NCBI GenBank assembly: GCA_041300865.1
Contig: JBFYTF010000036.1
Location: 34,604-98,603 of the forward strand
Direction: 5' to 3'
Source: Anaerolineae bacterium
GTDB taxonomy: Bacteria > Chloroflexota > Anaerolineae > JAAYZQ01
DNA length: 64,000 nucleotides
The translations under genes and the position numbers were made by a program. How positions within the stretch are numbered: position 1 is the stretch's first letter; every line of letters begins with the position of its first letter. Of the stretch, positions 1 to 9,690 are shown piece after piece. The notes beneath the pieces were generated by a model that was not told the DNA's origin, made no database searches, and saw only the letters and a program-made list of their open reading frames with translations.

Positions 1-2
1 AC

Positions 3-1079
3 CTTCGCTTTGAGCTGGAAGGCCGCCACGAGACCACGGACATCAGCGTCATACCCCTCTATCAGGCCACCGCCTTGCGCGGCCTGTTCCTGGTCCTGTT
101 CGAAAAACCGCGCCCACCGCGGGAAGTCGAGGCCGCTCCGCCCACCCCTGCAACCAAGGGCGCCGGCCGCCGGCGAGAAGCCGAGTTGGAGAGAGATCTC
201 CAGGACACCTCTGAATCTCTCCAGACGACCGTCGAGGAGCTGCAGAGCGCCAACGAGGAGCTGGTCACGGCCCAGGAAGAAGCCCAGTCGGTCAACGAGG
301 AGCTCGTCACCCTCAACACGGAATTGAACACCAGGGTGGACGAGCTGCGGGTGGCGAACGCCGATCTGACCAACCTCCTCGCCGCGGCGGACGTCGGCAT
401 CCTCTTCCTCGATCGGGAGTTCCACGTGCGCCGCTTCAACCGGGCAGCTGCCGACGTCGTCAACCTCATTGCCTCTGACGTCGGCCGGCCCATCAGCCAT
501 ATTTCGTCCCGGCTGCCGCAGCTGGATTGGCTCACCGCCGCCAAAGGCGTGCTCCAAAACATGCTCCCCTCTACACTCGAGGCGTCAAGAGACGATGGGC
601 GGCACTACTCGATACACATCAAGGCCTATGAAACCGGCGAAGGTGCCGTCAATGGTATCGTTGTCACCTTTACCGATATTACGCTGTTCAAGCGGATGGA
701 ACAGGAACTGCGCCGGTCTCAGATCGGCGAGTTGGTGGAAACCGTACACGAGCCCCTTCTGGTGCTTGAAGCTGACCTACGGGTGTGGCGGGCCAACCGG
801 GCCTTCTACCGAGCGTTCCACGTCACGCCCCAGGAGACGGAACGGCAACTGCTCTACGAGTTGGGCAACCACCAGTGGGACATTCCCCGCCTGCGGGAGC
901 TGCTGGAAACAATCATTCCTCGGGACGCGGCCTTTGAGGGGTTCGAAGTGGACCACGAGTTCGAAGGAATTGGTCGCCGGCACATGGTCTTGAACGCCCG
1001 CCGGCTCGACACCAGGGATAAGGGACCGGACCTCATCCTCCTGGCCATGCAAGAGAGAGCGACAGGCGGAAAGCGATGA
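3..1079 (+). CDS. PAS-domain signalling protein, C-terminal part (CheB/CheR-fusion-type sensor); 5' end lies outside the window
   Basis: The frame is open from the window edge. The coiled segment LQTTVEELQSANEELVTAQEEAQSVNEELVTLNTELNTRVDEL is typical of CheBR-PAS proteins. Two PAS-like repeats follow (GILFLDREFHVRRFNRAA; PLLVLEADLRVWRANRAFYRAF). Confidence 0.7.
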   Translation, partial: LRFELEGRHETTDISVIPLYQATALRGLFLVLFEKPRPPREVEAAPPTPATKGAGRRREAELERDLQDTSESLQTTVEELQSANEELVTAQEEAQSVNEELVTLNTELNTRVDELRVANADLTNLLAAADVGILFLDREFHVRRFNRAAADVVNLIASDVGRPISHISSRLPQLDWLTAAKGVLQNMLPSTLEASRDDGRHYSIHIKAYETGEGAVNGIVVTFTDITLFKRMEQELRRSQIGELVETVHEPLLVLEADLRVWRANRAFYRAFHVTPQETERQLLYELGNHQWDIPRLRELLETIIPRDAAFEGFEVDHEFEGIGRRHMVLNARRLDTRDKGPDLILLAMQERATGGKR

Positions 1080-1111
1080 AACAGGGCACGTCCTCCCAGA
1101 CGTGCCCTGTT
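1080..1111. terminator. Bidirectional intrinsic terminator between convergent genes
   Basis: Perfect 12-bp stem (aacagggcacgt / acgtgccctgtt) with an 8-nt loop. T-runs follow on both strands. It sits between the stop at 1079 (+) and the stop at 1188 (-). Confidence 0.8.
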
Positions 1112-1187
1112 TCCCGAAAGGTGTCTACAGCCCCGGACACATGCTGTCGACCGCGCCGTCGACTCTATCTCCCCAGGCAAGCTTCCG

Positions 1188-2396
1188 TCAACGGGGCACC
1201 AGGGCAATGCACTCCGCGGGGCAGACATCGGGGCACAGGCCGCAGCCGTAGCACTTTTCCGTGTCCACCGTCGGATAGCCGTCCGCGTCCATGACGTAGG
1301 CCCGGTGCCCGCCGTCGTCGCACGAGATCACGCAGCGGCCGCACTTGGTGCAGCGGCCCTTGTCCACCAGGGCCACGGCGTGCTTCACCGGCCTCAGGGC
1401 CGAGTGCGGCACGATGTTGGGCAGCGCCCTGCCCACGAGCTCCGCGGGTGATCTCATACCCTTTGACTCCAGGTAATAGCTCAGTCCCTCCTTGAGGTCC
1501 GCCACAATATCGTAACCATACAGCATGACCGCCGTGCAGAACTGGACAAGCGTCGCACCCGCGGCCATGTACTCGGCGGCATCGTGCCACGTGGTTGCGC
1601 CGCCACTGGCTGCCACCTTCAGATCCTGCCCGGTGCCCAGTTCGGCCAGATTGCGCAGCTCAAAGGGTTTCAGGTGCGCGCCCACCATGCCGGCGAACGT
1701 CCCCTTGCTGTCGATGGTCGGCAGCGGCGCGAACGTGTCAAGGTCGATGCCGATCAGCCCGTGGCGGGAGTCGCAGGCACACAGGGCCATGGCCCCTGCT
1801 TCCTTGACGGCCCTGGCGATGCTGACGATGTGGGTGACGTCGCCTGTCAGTTTCGGGACCACGGGAAAGCCGTCCGCCGCTTCGACGATCCAGCTCACGA
1901 TCCGGTGGGCTTCTTCCGGGATCTGGCCGATCATGAAGTGCAGCCCTTCGACCGGCGAGTCTGTCGGGCACGACATGGACACCTCCAGGTAGTCGGCCCC
2001 CACGTCAATGGACCGGCGCGTCAGGGTCTGCCACGACTCTTTGGTGGTGCCCCAGATGCTGGTGGCCACAATCTTTTCCGGGAACTCGGCCTTGAGGAGC
2101 CGGATGGCCCGCTCCATCTCGTCCATGTGGAACTCGGATATGTTGTCGATGTTGCCCAGGCCCATGAGCTGCCCCGCGGACCGCGTGCCGGCGATGCACG
2201 GGTAGGCAATGTCCACGACATAGTCCTCCATGGACGTCGTCTTGAGCACGGCGCCGGCCCAGCCGGCCCGAAACGCATCGCGCACCATCTCGTACGTGTC
2301 TGAAGGCGGCGCCGAGGCCAGGATGAACGGATTCTCGAACCGCAAACCGCAATATTCGACCGACAGATCAACGTCCGGAACCTGATAAATCGCCAT
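1188..2396 (-). CDS. preA: NAD-dependent dihydropyrimidine dehydrogenase subunit PreA-like (DHOD-type TIM barrel plus 2x[4Fe-4S] ferredoxin domain)
   Basis: N-terminus is MAIYQVPDVDLSVEYCGLRFENPF. C-terminal motifs are CTKCGRCVISC and CYGCGLCPDVCP. AGGAGG lies upstream of the ATG at 2396 (the ORF track starts at 2423). Confidence 0.85.
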   Translation of the reverse strand: MAIYQVPDVDLSVEYCGLRFENPFILASAPPSDTYEMVRDAFRAGWAGAVLKTTSMEDYVVDIAYPCIAGTRSAGQLMGLGNIDNISEFHMDEMERAIRLLKAEFPEKIVATSIWGTTKESWQTLTRRSIDVGADYLEVSMSCPTDSPVEGLHFMIGQIPEEAHRIVSWIVEAADGFPVVPKLTGDVTHIVSIARAVKEAGAMALCACDSRHGLIGIDLDTFAPLPTIDSKGTFAGMVGAHLKPFELRNLAELGTGQDLKVAASGGATTWHDAAEYMAAGATLVQFCTAVMLYGYDIVADLKEGLSYYLESKGMRSPAELVGRALPNIVPHSALRPVKHAVALVDKGRCTKCGRCVISCDDGGHRAYVMDADGYPTVDTEKCYGCGLCPDVCPAECIALVPR

Positions 2397-2413
2397 GTTT
2401 CCTCCTTGCCCTG

Positions 2414-3775
2414 CTACCCGCACAAGTATTTGTGTATCGCCAGGGCTACCTGCTTTCCCTCAGCGATGGATTGCACCGCGGTGCGCTGCTTCTGCCCGGC
2501 CAGGATGTCGCCCGCGGCATAGATGCCCGGCTCCGACGTCCTGCCTGTCTCGGGATCGACCAGGACGCAGCCATTGCGGGCCGTCTCCAGGCCCGCCACA
2601 CAGCGCAAGAATCCCTCGTCCGGCCGCTGGCCGATGGCGATGACGACCGTGTCGGCCGGCATGACCAGCGTGGACCCGGGCACGTCGACGACGTTGCCCC
2701 GCTCCCACGAGCCCGGCACCTTCCACGCGACGCGCACGCCCTCCAGGGCCACGACGTGCCCGTCCTTGCCCAGGATGCGGCTCGGCCGCACCCGCGAGTT
2801 GATCTGCACCCCCTCTTCGAGCGCCTGCCGCTTGTCGTTCTCGAAGGCATCCATCTCGGCGGGTGTTCGCCGGCTGGTGACGTTGACCGTTTCGGCCCCC
2901 AGCCGCAGCGCGCAGCAGGCCGAGTTCAGCGCCGCGCTGCCGCCGCCGACGACGATCACGTTCTTGCCCACTTTTACTTTGCTGGCGGTGTCGAGCCCCC
3001 GGGCAGCGCGCAGGATGTCCAGCGCCGTGTAGACCCCGGCCAGGTCCTCGCCCTCGATGCCCAGCGAGTATGAAGCCTGCAGGCCCACGGTCAGAAGCAC
3101 GGCGCCAAAGCCCTGCTCCAGAAGGTCAGCCGGGATGAGGCTCTCGTTGACCGGCGTGCCGAGCCTGAGCTCGACGCCCAGATCGCGCACGAGCTGCACT
3201 TCGTATTCAACCACCTCGCGCGGCAGCTTGAACGGCGGGATGACGCTGATGAGAGCACCGCCGGCCTGCTCCTCCTGCTCCAGGACCGTAACCGCGTGGC
3301 CCAACTCCCTGAGCTTGACCGCCGCAGCCAGCCCTGCCGGGCCTGCGCCGACAACCGCCACCGGCGGCGCCGTGATGGGCTGCACGGCCAGGGGCCGGGC
3401 GCCGGCTACCATCTCCCAGTCTGTAAGAAAGCGCTGCAGCGCGCCAATGCGGATCGGATCGGTCAGAGCCTGGCTGCGACAGCGCTCCTCGCACAGGAAC
3501 TCGGTCGGGCACACCCGGCCGCACACGCCGGCCAGGATGTTCTCCTCTCGCAGCAGCCGGACCCCGCCGCGGTAATCGCCAAAGCGGATGCGCCGGATAA
3601 AGCCCCGGACGTCGATGCCGGCCGGACAGCCCTTGGTGCACGGCGCTTCGGCGCACATCAGGCACCGGTTCGCCTCGAAGGCGGCCTGAGTCCGGTCATA
3701 GCCTCGATAGACCTCATCGAAACCCTTCACTCGCTCGGACACGTCTACCAGAGTGGCTTTCATCGCTACGCTCAT
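2414..3775 (-). CDS. preT: Dihydropyrimidine dehydrogenase subunit PreT-like (glutamate-synthase small-subunit family, Fe-S/FAD/NAD)
   Basis: Cys clusters CLMCAEAPCTKGCP and CGRVCP. Two Rossmann motifs, VAVVGAGPAGLAAA and VIVVGGGSAALNSA. The start could be 3775 or 3832. Confidence 0.8.
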   Translation of the reverse strand: MSVAMKATLVDVSERVKGFDEVYRGYDRTQAAFEANRCLMCAEAPCTKGCPAGIDVRGFIRRIRFGDYRGGVRLLREENILAGVCGRVCPTEFLCEERCRSQALTDPIRIGALQRFLTDWEMVAGARPLAVQPITAPPVAVVGAGPAGLAAAVKLRELGHAVTVLEQEEQAGGALISVIPPFKLPREVVEYEVQLVRDLGVELRLGTPVNESLIPADLLEQGFGAVLLTVGLQASYSLGIEGEDLAGVYTALDILRAARGLDTASKVKVGKNVIVVGGGSAALNSACCALRLGAETVNVTSRRTPAEMDAFENDKRQALEEGVQINSRVRPSRILGKDGHVVALEGVRVAWKVPGSWERGNVVDVPGSTLVMPADTVVIAIGQRPDEGFLRCVAGLETARNGCVLVDPETGRTSEPGIYAAGDILAGQKQRTAVQSIAEGKQVALAIHKYLCG

Positions 3776-3798
3776 TGCCCTATGCTCCCTTTCTGTCG

Positions 3799-5025
3799 TC
3801 AGTCTCCGTTCGGACTCGCCGGTTCCTGCCACTTCCCCCAGCCGGCCGCGCCCAGGTCGGGGCTGCCGCCGGCAACCACCTCGCGACCTCGCACGAGGGT
3901 GGAAACGATTCTGCCCTTCAGCCGCAGGCCGGCGTACGCGGTCAAGTCGCTGCGCCCGTGGCGCGGCAGGCCGGCAACCTCCTCGTGGTCCGGGTCAAGC
4001 AGGACCAGGTCGGCGTCGCTGCCCACCTGGACCGCTCCCTTGCGCGGGTACAGGCCCAGCACGCGCGCCGGGCCGGAGCTCAGCAGCCGGCACAGGTCCG
4101 CCCAGGAGATTCTGCCCGGCTCCACGCCGTAGGCCACCACCAGGCGCAGCATCGTCTCCAGGCCCGGAAAACCGGGCAGCCCGTGCTCGTCCTTTTCCTG
4201 GCGCGTGTAGGAACAGTGATCGGTGCCGATGGTCTGGATCCGGCCCGCTCTGATCTCGGGCCAGAGGTCGGCCGCTTCGATGGGCGGGTTCACGTTGCAG
4301 CCCGGCCGGCCCCTGGTCAGCTCCCAGAGAAGATACTGGGGGCAGGTCTCCAGCGTCACGCGCCCGGCGCCCAGCCCGGACACCACCTGGCTAAAACGCT
4401 GGTGGGGCACGTGCAAGATGTGCACCTGCCCGGAACCCTGCGTGCAGGCGTGGGCCGCGATGGCGGCGTAATCATCCATCTTTTCCACGTGCACGAGCAC
4501 CTGGTGCCCGCGGGCCATCGCCCGCTTGACCAGGTCCAGGCCGTCGCCCGCCCGGGCACCCAGTCCGGAGGCGGCCATAAAGACCTTGACCGTCCTGGTC
4601 GTGGCTGCCGCCAGCTGCTCGGTGGAGCGCACCACGGTGTGCACCACGAAATCGCACAGCGACTGCTGCTCCAGGGCCGCGACCTTTTCCTCGAGCTCGA
4701 CCTCGAAGCGGGTGCCCGCCGGATAGGCAAAATCGCCCAGGGTGGTGACCCCGCCCGCCACGGCGGCGGCCGACTCGCCCTCGAACAGGCCGGCCGTGCC
4801 CAGCGAGGAGCGCAGGTGGGTGTGCAGGTCGATCGCTCCCGGCAGCACGATGGCATTCCCGGCCTCCAATATGCGCCTGGCTGCCAGCGGCAGATGGTCG
4901 GCCAGGGCCGCGATCCTGCCCGCCTCGACGGCCACGTCCATGGGCAAGAGCGCCCCATCAGGCACCACAACCCGGCCGCCCTTGATCAGCAGATCTACCA
5001 CAGGGTTCATCTCCGCGGCGGTCAC
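3799..5025 (-). CDS. Cyclic amidohydrolase (dihydropyrimidinase / hydantoinase / dihydroorotase family)
   Basis: Motifs DLHTHLRS (HxH), ETCPQYL and GTDHCSY. The GTG start overlaps the upstream stop (GTGA); an alternative ATG lies at 5010. Confidence 0.8.
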   Translation of the reverse strand: MTAAEMNPVVDLLIKGGRVVVPDGALLPMDVAVEAGRIAALADHLPLAARRILEAGNAIVLPGAIDLHTHLRSSLGTAGLFEGESAAAVAGGVTTLGDFAYPAGTRFEVELEEKVAALEQQSLCDFVVHTVVRSTEQLAAATTRTVKVFMAASGLGARAGDGLDLVKRAMARGHQVLVHVEKMDDYAAIAAHACTQGSGQVHILHVPHQRFSQVVSGLGAGRVTLETCPQYLLWELTRGRPGCNVNPPIEAADLWPEIRAGRIQTIGTDHCSYTRQEKDEHGLPGFPGLETMLRLVVAYGVEPGRISWADLCRLLSSGPARVLGLYPRKGAVQVGSDADLVLLDPDHEEVAGLPRHGRSDLTAYAGLRLKGRIVSTLVRGREVVAGGSPDLGAAGWGKWQEPASPNGD

Positions 5026-5957
5026 ACTGCGGGCCGGGCGTGCAGGTCGCAGCTCCGCCCGGCCTTGATCACCTGGCCGGGAAAGTCCATGTTCAGGACC
5101 TTTTCCGCCCGGCGGACGGCCTCCAGCAGCGCCGGCAGGTCGATCCCGGTGTCGATGTCCATCTCGCTCAGCATGTGCACCATGTCTTCAGTGGCCACGT
5201 TGCCGGCAGCGCCGGGCGCAAAGGGGCAGCCGCCAAGCCCACCGAACGAGGCCTCGAAGCGGCCGATGCCTGCCTGCAGCGCGGCCAACAGGTTGGCGGC
5301 ACCAATCCCCCGCGTGTTGTGAAAGTGCATGACGACGTGCTCCGCGCCCAGCGCCTGGCGCGTCTCGCAGGCCACGTACGCCACCTGCCTGGGATTGGCC
5401 ATCCCGGTCGTGTCGCACAGGTTCAGCTCGACACAGCCCATCTCCAAGAGCCGGCGGCCGATCTCCAGGACGCGGGCCACGGGGACGTCCCCTTCGAAAG
5501 GGCAGCCAAAGACGGTCGACATACTGGCCCGGACGTGCACACCCGCCTCGCGGGCCACGGCCAGGACCGGCCCGAAGCCTGCCAGCGAATCGGCGATGGA
5601 CATGCGCACATTGCTCTGGTTGTGCGACTCGCTGGCGGACACAATGAGGTTCAGCATGCCGATGCCGGCCTCGATGGCGCGCTCCGCCCCCCTCAGGTTG
5701 GGCACCATGGCAAAGCAGGCACAGCGATCCTTGTCGACGCCCTGGACCACCTCCGTCGCGTCGCGCATCTGTGGCACCGCTTTAGGGTGCACGAAGGAGG
5801 TCACCTCCATGCGCCGGATACCGGCAGCGATCAGCGAGTTGATGATCTGCACCTTGTCTGCTGTCTCGATCCAGCCCGGGAGGATCTGAAACCCGTCCCG
5901 CGGGCCCACCTCGATGATCTCGACGCTCTGCGGCAGCGTGTCTTCCCAACCGGGCAT
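5022..5957 (-). CDS. HMG-CoA lyase-like (DRE-TIM metallolyase) protein
   Basis: Motifs EVGPRDGFQ and HFHNTRGIGAAN. A GGGGA RBS lies before the ATG at 5957 (the track starts at GTG 5969). Confidence 0.8.
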   Translation of the reverse strand: MPGWEDTLPQSVEIIEVGPRDGFQILPGWIETADKVQIINSLIAAGIRRMEVTSFVHPKAVPQMRDATEVVQGVDKDRCACFAMVPNLRGAERAIEAGIGMLNLIVSASESHNQSNVRMSIADSLAGFGPVLAVAREAGVHVRASMSTVFGCPFEGDVPVARVLEIGRRLLEMGCVELNLCDTTGMANPRQVAYVACETRQALGAEHVVMHFHNTRGIGAANLLAALQAGIGRFEASFGGLGGCPFAPGAAGNVATEDMVHMLSEMDIDTGIDLPALLEAVRRAEKVLNMDFPGQVIKAGRSCDLHARPAV

Positions 5958-5972
5958 GATCGTCCCCACTTC

Positions 5973-6878
5973 TTACAGCCGTGACCGGCCCAGGATCTCG
6001 CAGGCGACCCGGCCGATGTCGCCAAAGTGCTCCACCACCCGCACGCCCGCCTCCCGCAGGGCAGCACGCTTGGCCTGGGCGCTGCCCAGGCCGCGGTAAA
6101 TCATCGCGCCGGCATGTCCAAAGCGGACGTTGGGCCGGGAGTGGACGCCGGCCACGTAGGCGACCATCGGCTTGGTGAAGCCGCCGCCCTTGATAAACTC
6201 CGCGGCCTCCTCCTCCATGGTCGTGCCGATCTCGCCGAAGAAGGCGACCATTTCTGTCTCTGGATCCTTTTCGAACAGGGCCAGAAAATCGCGCAGGGTC
6301 GTGCCGACGAACGTATCGCCGCCCATGCCGACGGCCGTGGTCTGGCCCAGGCCTGCCTCGTTGATATAGTAGGCCAGGGTCGTGGTGTTGCCCCCGCTGC
6401 GGGACAGAACACCCACCGGTCCCGGGCGAAAGAACTCCCGCGCCGACTTCGAGTTGCCGCCGATCATGCCGACGAGGGCCTTGCCGGGGCTGATGAGTCC
6501 AATGGAGTTGGGCCCGATCACGTAGGCGCTGTACCGGCGCGCATAGGCGATCACCTCCAGCATGTCCTGCTGCGGCACGCGCTCGGGGTGCAGGCCGATC
6601 ACCCCGATCCCGGCATCCAGGGCCTCGATGGCTGCCAGCCTGGCTGCCTGCGCCGGCACAAAGATGGCCGAAGTGTTGAGCTCCGGATGCCGGTCTTTGG
6701 CTTCGAGAACGGTGTCATAGATCGGCACACCGTCGACCACCTGCCCGCCTTTGCCCGGCGTGACACCGGCCAGCACGCGGGTGCCATAGCTCGACATCAA
6801 CCGGATGCGCAGGAGGGCCTCGCGACCGGTAGCTCCCTGGACGACGACGCGGGTGTCGCTATCGACAAGTATGGACAC
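5973..6878 (-). CDS. Succinyl-CoA-synthetase alpha-subunit-like (CoA-binding, phosphohistidine) protein
   Basis: [11 protein letters not shown] at the N-terminus and a GHAGAMI phosphohistidine loop. GTG start preceded by GAGGTGA. Confidence 0.85.
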   Translation of the reverse strand: MSILVDSDTRVVVQGATGREALLRIRLMSSYGTRVLAGVTPGKGGQVVDGVPIYDTVLEAKDRHPELNTSAIFVPAQAARLAAIEALDAGIGVIGLHPERVPQQDMLEVIAYARRYSAYVIGPNSIGLISPGKALVGMIGGNSKSAREFFRPGPVGVLSRSGGNTTTLAYYINEAGLGQTTAVGMGGDTFVGTTLRDFLALFEKDPETEMVAFFGEIGTTMEEEAAEFIKGGGFTKPMVAYVAGVHSRPNVRFGHAGAMIYRGLGSAQAKRAALREAGVRVVEHFGDIGRVACEILGRSRL

Positions 6879-6881
6879 GTT

Positions 6882-7205
6882 TCACCTCTCGTAAACCACG
6901 GGGTCGGCCAACAGGTGCAGGTACCGGTCAAGCCCCTCCAGGGGCAGCAGGATCGAAATCGCTTTCTGTCCGAACAGCTCGCAGTCGAGCTCGCAGCCCA
7001 GGCATTCGACACAGCCCCCGCGCTCGATCTCGGCGAGCGACCAGCGCAGGCCTGGCACGAGGCGCGCCTCGTCGAGGACCAACGGGCCGCCCTGCACCTC
7101 GCACACCTGCAGGCAGGGCCTCGATTCGCACCCGGCACAGAAGTCCAGGTCGATGCACACCACGCCACCGGAACGGACTTTGAATTCGAGCTTTTCGCCA
7201 ATCAC
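6882..7205 (-). CDS. Small 2x[4Fe-4S] ferredoxin-like protein inserted between the ligase beta and alpha genes
   Basis: About 107 aa. Cys motifs CAGCESRPCLQVCE and CVECLGCELDCE. The GTG start overlaps the upstream TGA (GTGA). The longer 140-aa form in the ORF track overlaps the upstream gene. Confidence 0.6.
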   Translation of the reverse strand: MIGEKLEFKVRSGGVVCIDLDFCAGCESRPCLQVCEVQGGPLVLDEARLVPGLRWSLAEIERGGCVECLGCELDCELFGQKAISILLPLEGLDRYLHLLADPVVYER

Positions 7206-8476
7206 GACATGCCTCCTACGCTGGCCTGCCATTCTCCGTGCAGCGTGTGAAAGGCGTGGGCCACGTCCCGTTCCGTGGCGTCGCGCCCCAGGACGCGGAC
7301 CCACTTGCCGGCACTGATGCCGTGCTCGCCCAGGAGCCGGATAGCATCGCCGTCCCAGGCGCCGCGGAAGGCGAGCACGGTCGGAATGCTGGGCTGGCCT
7401 CCCGTGCCGGGATACAGCTCCTTCAGAGCCTTGATGATCCCCCGCGCGGTGTTGTCCAGCTGCTGGCTGGAGACGCAGGATTCAAAGACGTAGCCCTGGA
7501 TTCCGGGCTGGGAGAAGATGACCTTGGTGATGCGGTACAGCTTGGACGCCACCGGGTTGCCCGAGCTGTCGCAGAAATTGACGGGGTAGTAGCCCAGCGG
7601 CACCAGCTCGTCCATGAGGGTGAGGCTCACCCCCGCGCCGACGCAGTCAAAGCCGATGGGCACGTAGTGCTGCTCCTGGCAGAAGGAGAGATCGGGATCG
7701 ATCTGCACAAAGTGCACCGTGCCCCGGTGGTCCCCGGCGTCGATCGTGCCCGCAATGCGCTCGAGGAGCGTCGAGCTGCGGTCGCCGGCGTCCTCTGCAA
7801 TCTCGATGCCCAGGCCGGCCTGCCGGCTCAAGGCATCGCCGTCGATGTCCACGCGCGCGTCGAGAGCAACCGCGCCCGTGGGCGTCAGAGCCAGCGGGTT
7901 AATCTCGAGGAGCTTGCAGTCGTAGCGGCGGTAGACCTCGTACATCTGGCACAGAATGCGCGCCACGTCGAGCTTTTGCTTGGAAGTGATCTGGCTCAGC
8001 GAACGCAGCAGGTTCAGGGCGTCGTAGAGCTGGATCCCGCGCAGGATGTCTACGGGCCACTTGTGCAGGGCATCCGGCCGGCTGGCAACAACCTCCTCAA
8101 TGTCCATTCCTCCCGACTCGCAGACCATGATGGCCGGTGCCCTGGCAGCGGGATCGGCTGCTACCCCAACGTAGAGCTCCTGCTCGATCTGCAACCGCTG
8201 TTCCAGGAGCAGAGCGCCCGGCTTGTGACCTTGTATCGAGCGCGAGAACATGTCCGCCGCGACCTGGAGCAGTTCTGCCTCACACTCGGCGGATTGAATG
8301 CCGCCCGCCTTGCCCCGCTTGCCGGCGTAAATCTGCGCTTTGACCATGACCGGATAGCCCAGCTCGGCGGCGGCGGCGCGGGCCTCTTGCAGGTCGTGAA
8401 CCACGCGGCCGGCAGGCGTGGCGATGCCGGCCCTGCGCAAGAGATCCTTGCCATGATGTTCCAGTAGTTTAGCCAC
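7202..8476 (-). CDS. Succinyl-CoA-synthetase beta-subunit-like (ATP-grasp) protein
   Basis: (M)AKLLEHHGKDLLRRAGI and VMVKAQIYAGKRGKAGG resemble the SucC N-terminus. GGGGGAGGGG lies 7 nt before the GTG at 8476. Confidence 0.85.
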   Translation of the reverse strand: MAKLLEHHGKDLLRRAGIATPAGRVVHDLQEARAAAAELGYPVMVKAQIYAGKRGKAGGIQSAECEAELLQVAADMFSRSIQGHKPGALLLEQRLQIEQELYVGVAADPAARAPAIMVCESGGMDIEEVVASRPDALHKWPVDILRGIQLYDALNLLRSLSQITSKQKLDVARILCQMYEVYRRYDCKLLEINPLALTPTGAVALDARVDIDGDALSRQAGLGIEIAEDAGDRSSTLLERIAGTIDAGDHRGTVHFVQIDPDLSFCQEQHYVPIGFDCVGAGVSLTLMDELVPLGYYPVNFCDSSGNPVASKLYRITKVIFSQPGIQGYVFESCVSSQQLDNTARGIIKALKELYPGTGGQPSIPTVLAFRGAWDGDAIRLLGEHGISAGKWVRVLGRDATERDVAHAFHTLHGEWQASVGGMS

Positions 8477-8518
8477 GGACAAACCCCTCCCCCACGAAAG
8501 TTCGAAGCGCGTCACGAT

Positions 8519-9688
8519 CTAGCGGAGAGTACTCCACGGGACAAGGGCGTAGCCCTCCATCAGGCGCCGCGCTGTGCGCCCGAGGGCCGCCTGCGTAAGC
8601 CGGAGCGACCCGTCCTGGGCCTCCACGCAGGCGTCCACTTCGATGACGCCTGCCGGATGCCCAATGCGGACCACCGGCTGGTCGTGCTTCTCGGCCCTGG
8701 AGACCTGGTGCACCAGGGTGCCGGGGATCTTGGCTGCCGCCCCGGTACACACCGTCCCGGTGACGGGATATGCCTTGTGCATGCGCAGCATGAACAGCAG
8801 CCTGGAAACCAGATCCACGCCGTCGGCCTTGATGGTGTTGCCTGTGGTAAAGTCCAGGTAGTCGGCAGGCGGGCTGACCATAGCAAAGAAGGGCAGGTAA
8901 GGGCTCTTCTGGGCGGCATCCTGCCAGTGGTCGACGATACCCACCGCCGCGGCTGCCGTGCCGCGGATACGCTCGATCCGGTCGTTCAGATCGCGGTCGG
9001 CATCGATGGCCGCCGGCACTTCGGTGCCGCCGAGGCCCATATCCGCGGCGAGGACAAAGACGCAGGGAGTGCCGGCGTCGACGATCGAGACCTCAACGCA
9101 GCCCACCCCGGGCACCTCCAGCGCGTCGACGGCATTCCCCGTCGGCAGGAGCTTGCCGGTGATGGCGCCCGCGGTGTCTGCAAAGTCCAGGGCAATCCGG
9201 GCGCCCGTCCCCGGCACGCCGTCGATGTGATAGTCCCCCTCGACCGCGGCCTTGCCGTTCTTGACCGGCACGTCGGCAACGAGGATGCAGCGCGTGTTGG
9301 TCTGGTGGATGCGCACCCTGGTCACCGGCTCCACGGCATCCACCAGCCCCTCGTCGATGGCGTACGGTCCCACGGCCGACGAGATGTTGCCGCAATTGCC
9401 GGCATAGTCGACAAAGGGCTGGGTGATGCTTACCTGGCCGAACGTATAGTCCACGTCCGCGTCGGCCCGCGTCGACCGCCCGATGATCGCCAGCTTGCTG
9501 GTCAGGGCGTCGGCGCCGCCCAGGCCATCGATCTGCCGCACGTCGGGGCTGCCATACAGCTTCAGGATGACGGCGTCGCGCCGCCGCACGTCGGCGGGCA
9601 GCTCACTGCGCATGATGAACAGGGCCCGGCTGGTGCCGCCGCGCATGATCACCGTCCGCACTCGTTTCTGCTCTTCCTGGATCGTCAT
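8519..9688 (-). CDS. PrpF family isomerase (methylaconitate / 3-methylitaconate isomerase-like)
   Basis: Motifs RTVIMRGGTSRALF and YAGNCGNISSAVGPYA. RBS AAGGGGGA. Confidence 0.8.
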   Translation of the reverse strand: MTIQEEQKRVRTVIMRGGTSRALFIMRSELPADVRRRDAVILKLYGSPDVRQIDGLGGADALTSKLAIIGRSTRADADVDYTFGQVSITQPFVDYAGNCGNISSAVGPYAIDEGLVDAVEPVTRVRIHQTNTRCILVADVPVKNGKAAVEGDYHIDGVPGTGARIALDFADTAGAITGKLLPTGNAVDALEVPGVGCVEVSIVDAGTPCVFVLAADMGLGGTEVPAAIDADRDLNDRIERIRGTAAAAVGIVDHWQDAAQKSPYLPFFAMVSPPADYLDFTTGNTIKADGVDLVSRLLFMLRMHKAYPVTGTVCTGAAAKIPGTLVHQVSRAEKHDQPVVRIGHPAGVIEVDACVEAQDGSLRLTQAALGRTARRLMEGYALVPWSTLR

Positions 9689-9690
9689 GA

